A DNA stretch of 64,000 bases. It comes from Gigantopelta aegis (lineage: Eukaryota). The notes beneath the pieces are model-generated. The model worked only from the letters and a program-made list of their open reading frames with translations, had not been told where the DNA came from and did no database searches. The position numbers and the translations under genes are program-made. Shown here one piece after another: positions 62,644 to 64,000 of this stretch. Numbering within the stretch: the stretch's first letter is position 1; the number at the start of each line of letters is the position of its first letter. The DNA is taken from positions 62,332,537 to 62,396,536 of the forward strand of contig NC_054708.1 in NCBI RefSeq assembly GCF_016097555.1, read 5' to 3'.

Positions 62644-64000
62644 AAGAAGCTGGTGATATTTACGATCTGGGCTATGTTAATGATTGCCTCTCACTTGTGA
62701 ATCGATGTTTGTGTAAAATGACTAGTTGCCATGTGATACAGATGAAACTGCTGTGGTACAGTTTCAGGTGGGCAGGATGAACTATGAAATACAAGAGGCA
62801 GTTGTTGCTTGTAGTAATGGTGCCTGTGACTTATTAGTTCTCCGTTTGGTACTATAACCCGTGCACTATTAGCTGTGTTTGTATGTTTGTGTTCCCCTGT
62901 TTAATAATTTCATTTTATATTTGAATCAATTTGAAGTTACATCATTATGTATTGATTGAAATTGAAGAGAAAAACAAATCAATAATAACTGTTCTGTTAG
63001 TAATACTGTACAGTTCCAAGGATTGTAATTGTTGCATGGGAAAACTTCAGCTAATAGTAAAACATTATAGATAACATGTATCTACTTGTAATGCCAGGAA
63101 CATATTTTGTATCATAATCTTTCAGACATTTTCTTTTAAGTGATTGCCAAGACTGGAAATCAAATGACTTTATTTTTTTAAAAACCTACAGGTCACATAT
63201 AACCTTATTATTATTATGAATACAACTATTGCTAGTGGACACCAGTTTTCAGACTGTCTAAATAAATATCACTAAGTAGTTACTACGTGTTGGTAGCATG
63301 TACCCAAATGCGTACATGTAAACGGTGTACATCTTTGCACTTTTGGATTCATTCTGATGAACTTACAGCTCCCTCCAGTCTTTACAATTTTGTTAATTAC
63401 CACCACCCCCAACTATTTGGTGTCCATTCAGTCATCAAGCTTTGCAGGCCAGTGCACCCCTCATCTGAGGACCATAAAATGTACCATTTTGTCCTGTATT
63501 AAAAAAAAAAAAAAAAGACAAGAAATTGTCCTGTAAAAAATATATTTAATTCTTCAAATGCTAGGAAGTTGTGTCTGGGGACATCCACAGACGGACAGAC
63601 ACTTGTGTCCCATACATAATTCCTCCAGCTCCCTATTTAACATTGTTTGTTAAAATTGAATTTAGATATTAAGAAGTTCAAATGCAGATGACATGCAGAA
63701 TATTAGTTATTGTATACTAGTACTTCAGCTATAAAAACACTGTTACATTTAAAAGAAATGGATATGCTACCGAGATATTGTCAGTCTTGGTAAAAAGCAT
63801 ATCCATATGGTTGATATATTCTGCATTTGTACTACCGGTAATAAAAACGTATTTATGTGAATGTCGTTCTTGTTGGAAGTTTTTTGGAGAGTTCTATTGG
63901 TTATCAACAATTTACGGTATACATGAATTCACTACATTATGACTGGAGACATGGTTTTGTTTTGTTTTTTTAATCAGAATTGCAGGGTAGTATTTAATAG

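Noticed and set aside
63498-63516. Genomic A16 after ATTAAA, which could look like a retroposed poly(A) tail
   Set aside because: There is no TSD or upstream processed-gene body. It is more likely a simple homopolymer in the CK2beta 3' region.

Overview
This is eukaryotic (metazoan) nuclear DNA, not prokaryotic: AT-rich, full of micro/minisatellites, tRNA-derived SINEs, MITEs and transposons, with two highly conserved spliced genes. Gene 1 is a casein kinase II beta subunit (CSNK2B) orthologue on the + strand (53.3-62.6 kb). All coding exons can be placed by near-identity to human CK2beta, and it carries a tandemly duplicated, frame-compatible exon 3 (3a at 55.4 kb, 3b at 57.4 kb), a candidate mutually exclusive exon pair. 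Gene 2 is the 3' part of a DNA polymerase epsilon subunit 3 (POLE3/CHRAC17-like histone-fold) gene on the - strand; three exons were found at 39.8, 38.9 and 37.0 kb, and the N-terminal exon was not found. The largest mobile element is a minus-strand LTR retrotransposon (26029-33967) with 1157-bp LTRs, a gag with a CCHC zinc knuckle, a protease DTG motif, and integrase lying upstream of a gypsy-type RT/RNase H. That order matches the Gmr1-like lineage. Its pol is frameshifted and internally deleted, and its 5' LTR is split by a complete Tc1/mariner element (31236-32840, intact 353-aa DDE transposase) inserted in the LTR's (TA)n tract. A second, unrelated intact Tc1-like element (59295-60798, 352-aa transposase) sits in a CK2beta intron. 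Other content: a 27-bp minisatellite of about 80 copies (0.6-2.8 kb), a 49-bp satellite built from a tRNA A-box-like SINE head (8.3-9.5 kb), 32-bp, 130-bp, 120-bp and 42-bp satellites, at least two SINE families with interchangeable head and tail modules, several MITE families, a non-autonomous hAT-like TIR element with an internal inverted duplication, and many long G/C homopolymers. The taxon is not established; the repeat style suggests an invertebrate, possibly a lophotrochozoan. No rRNA, genuine tRNA gene or CRISPR array was seen.
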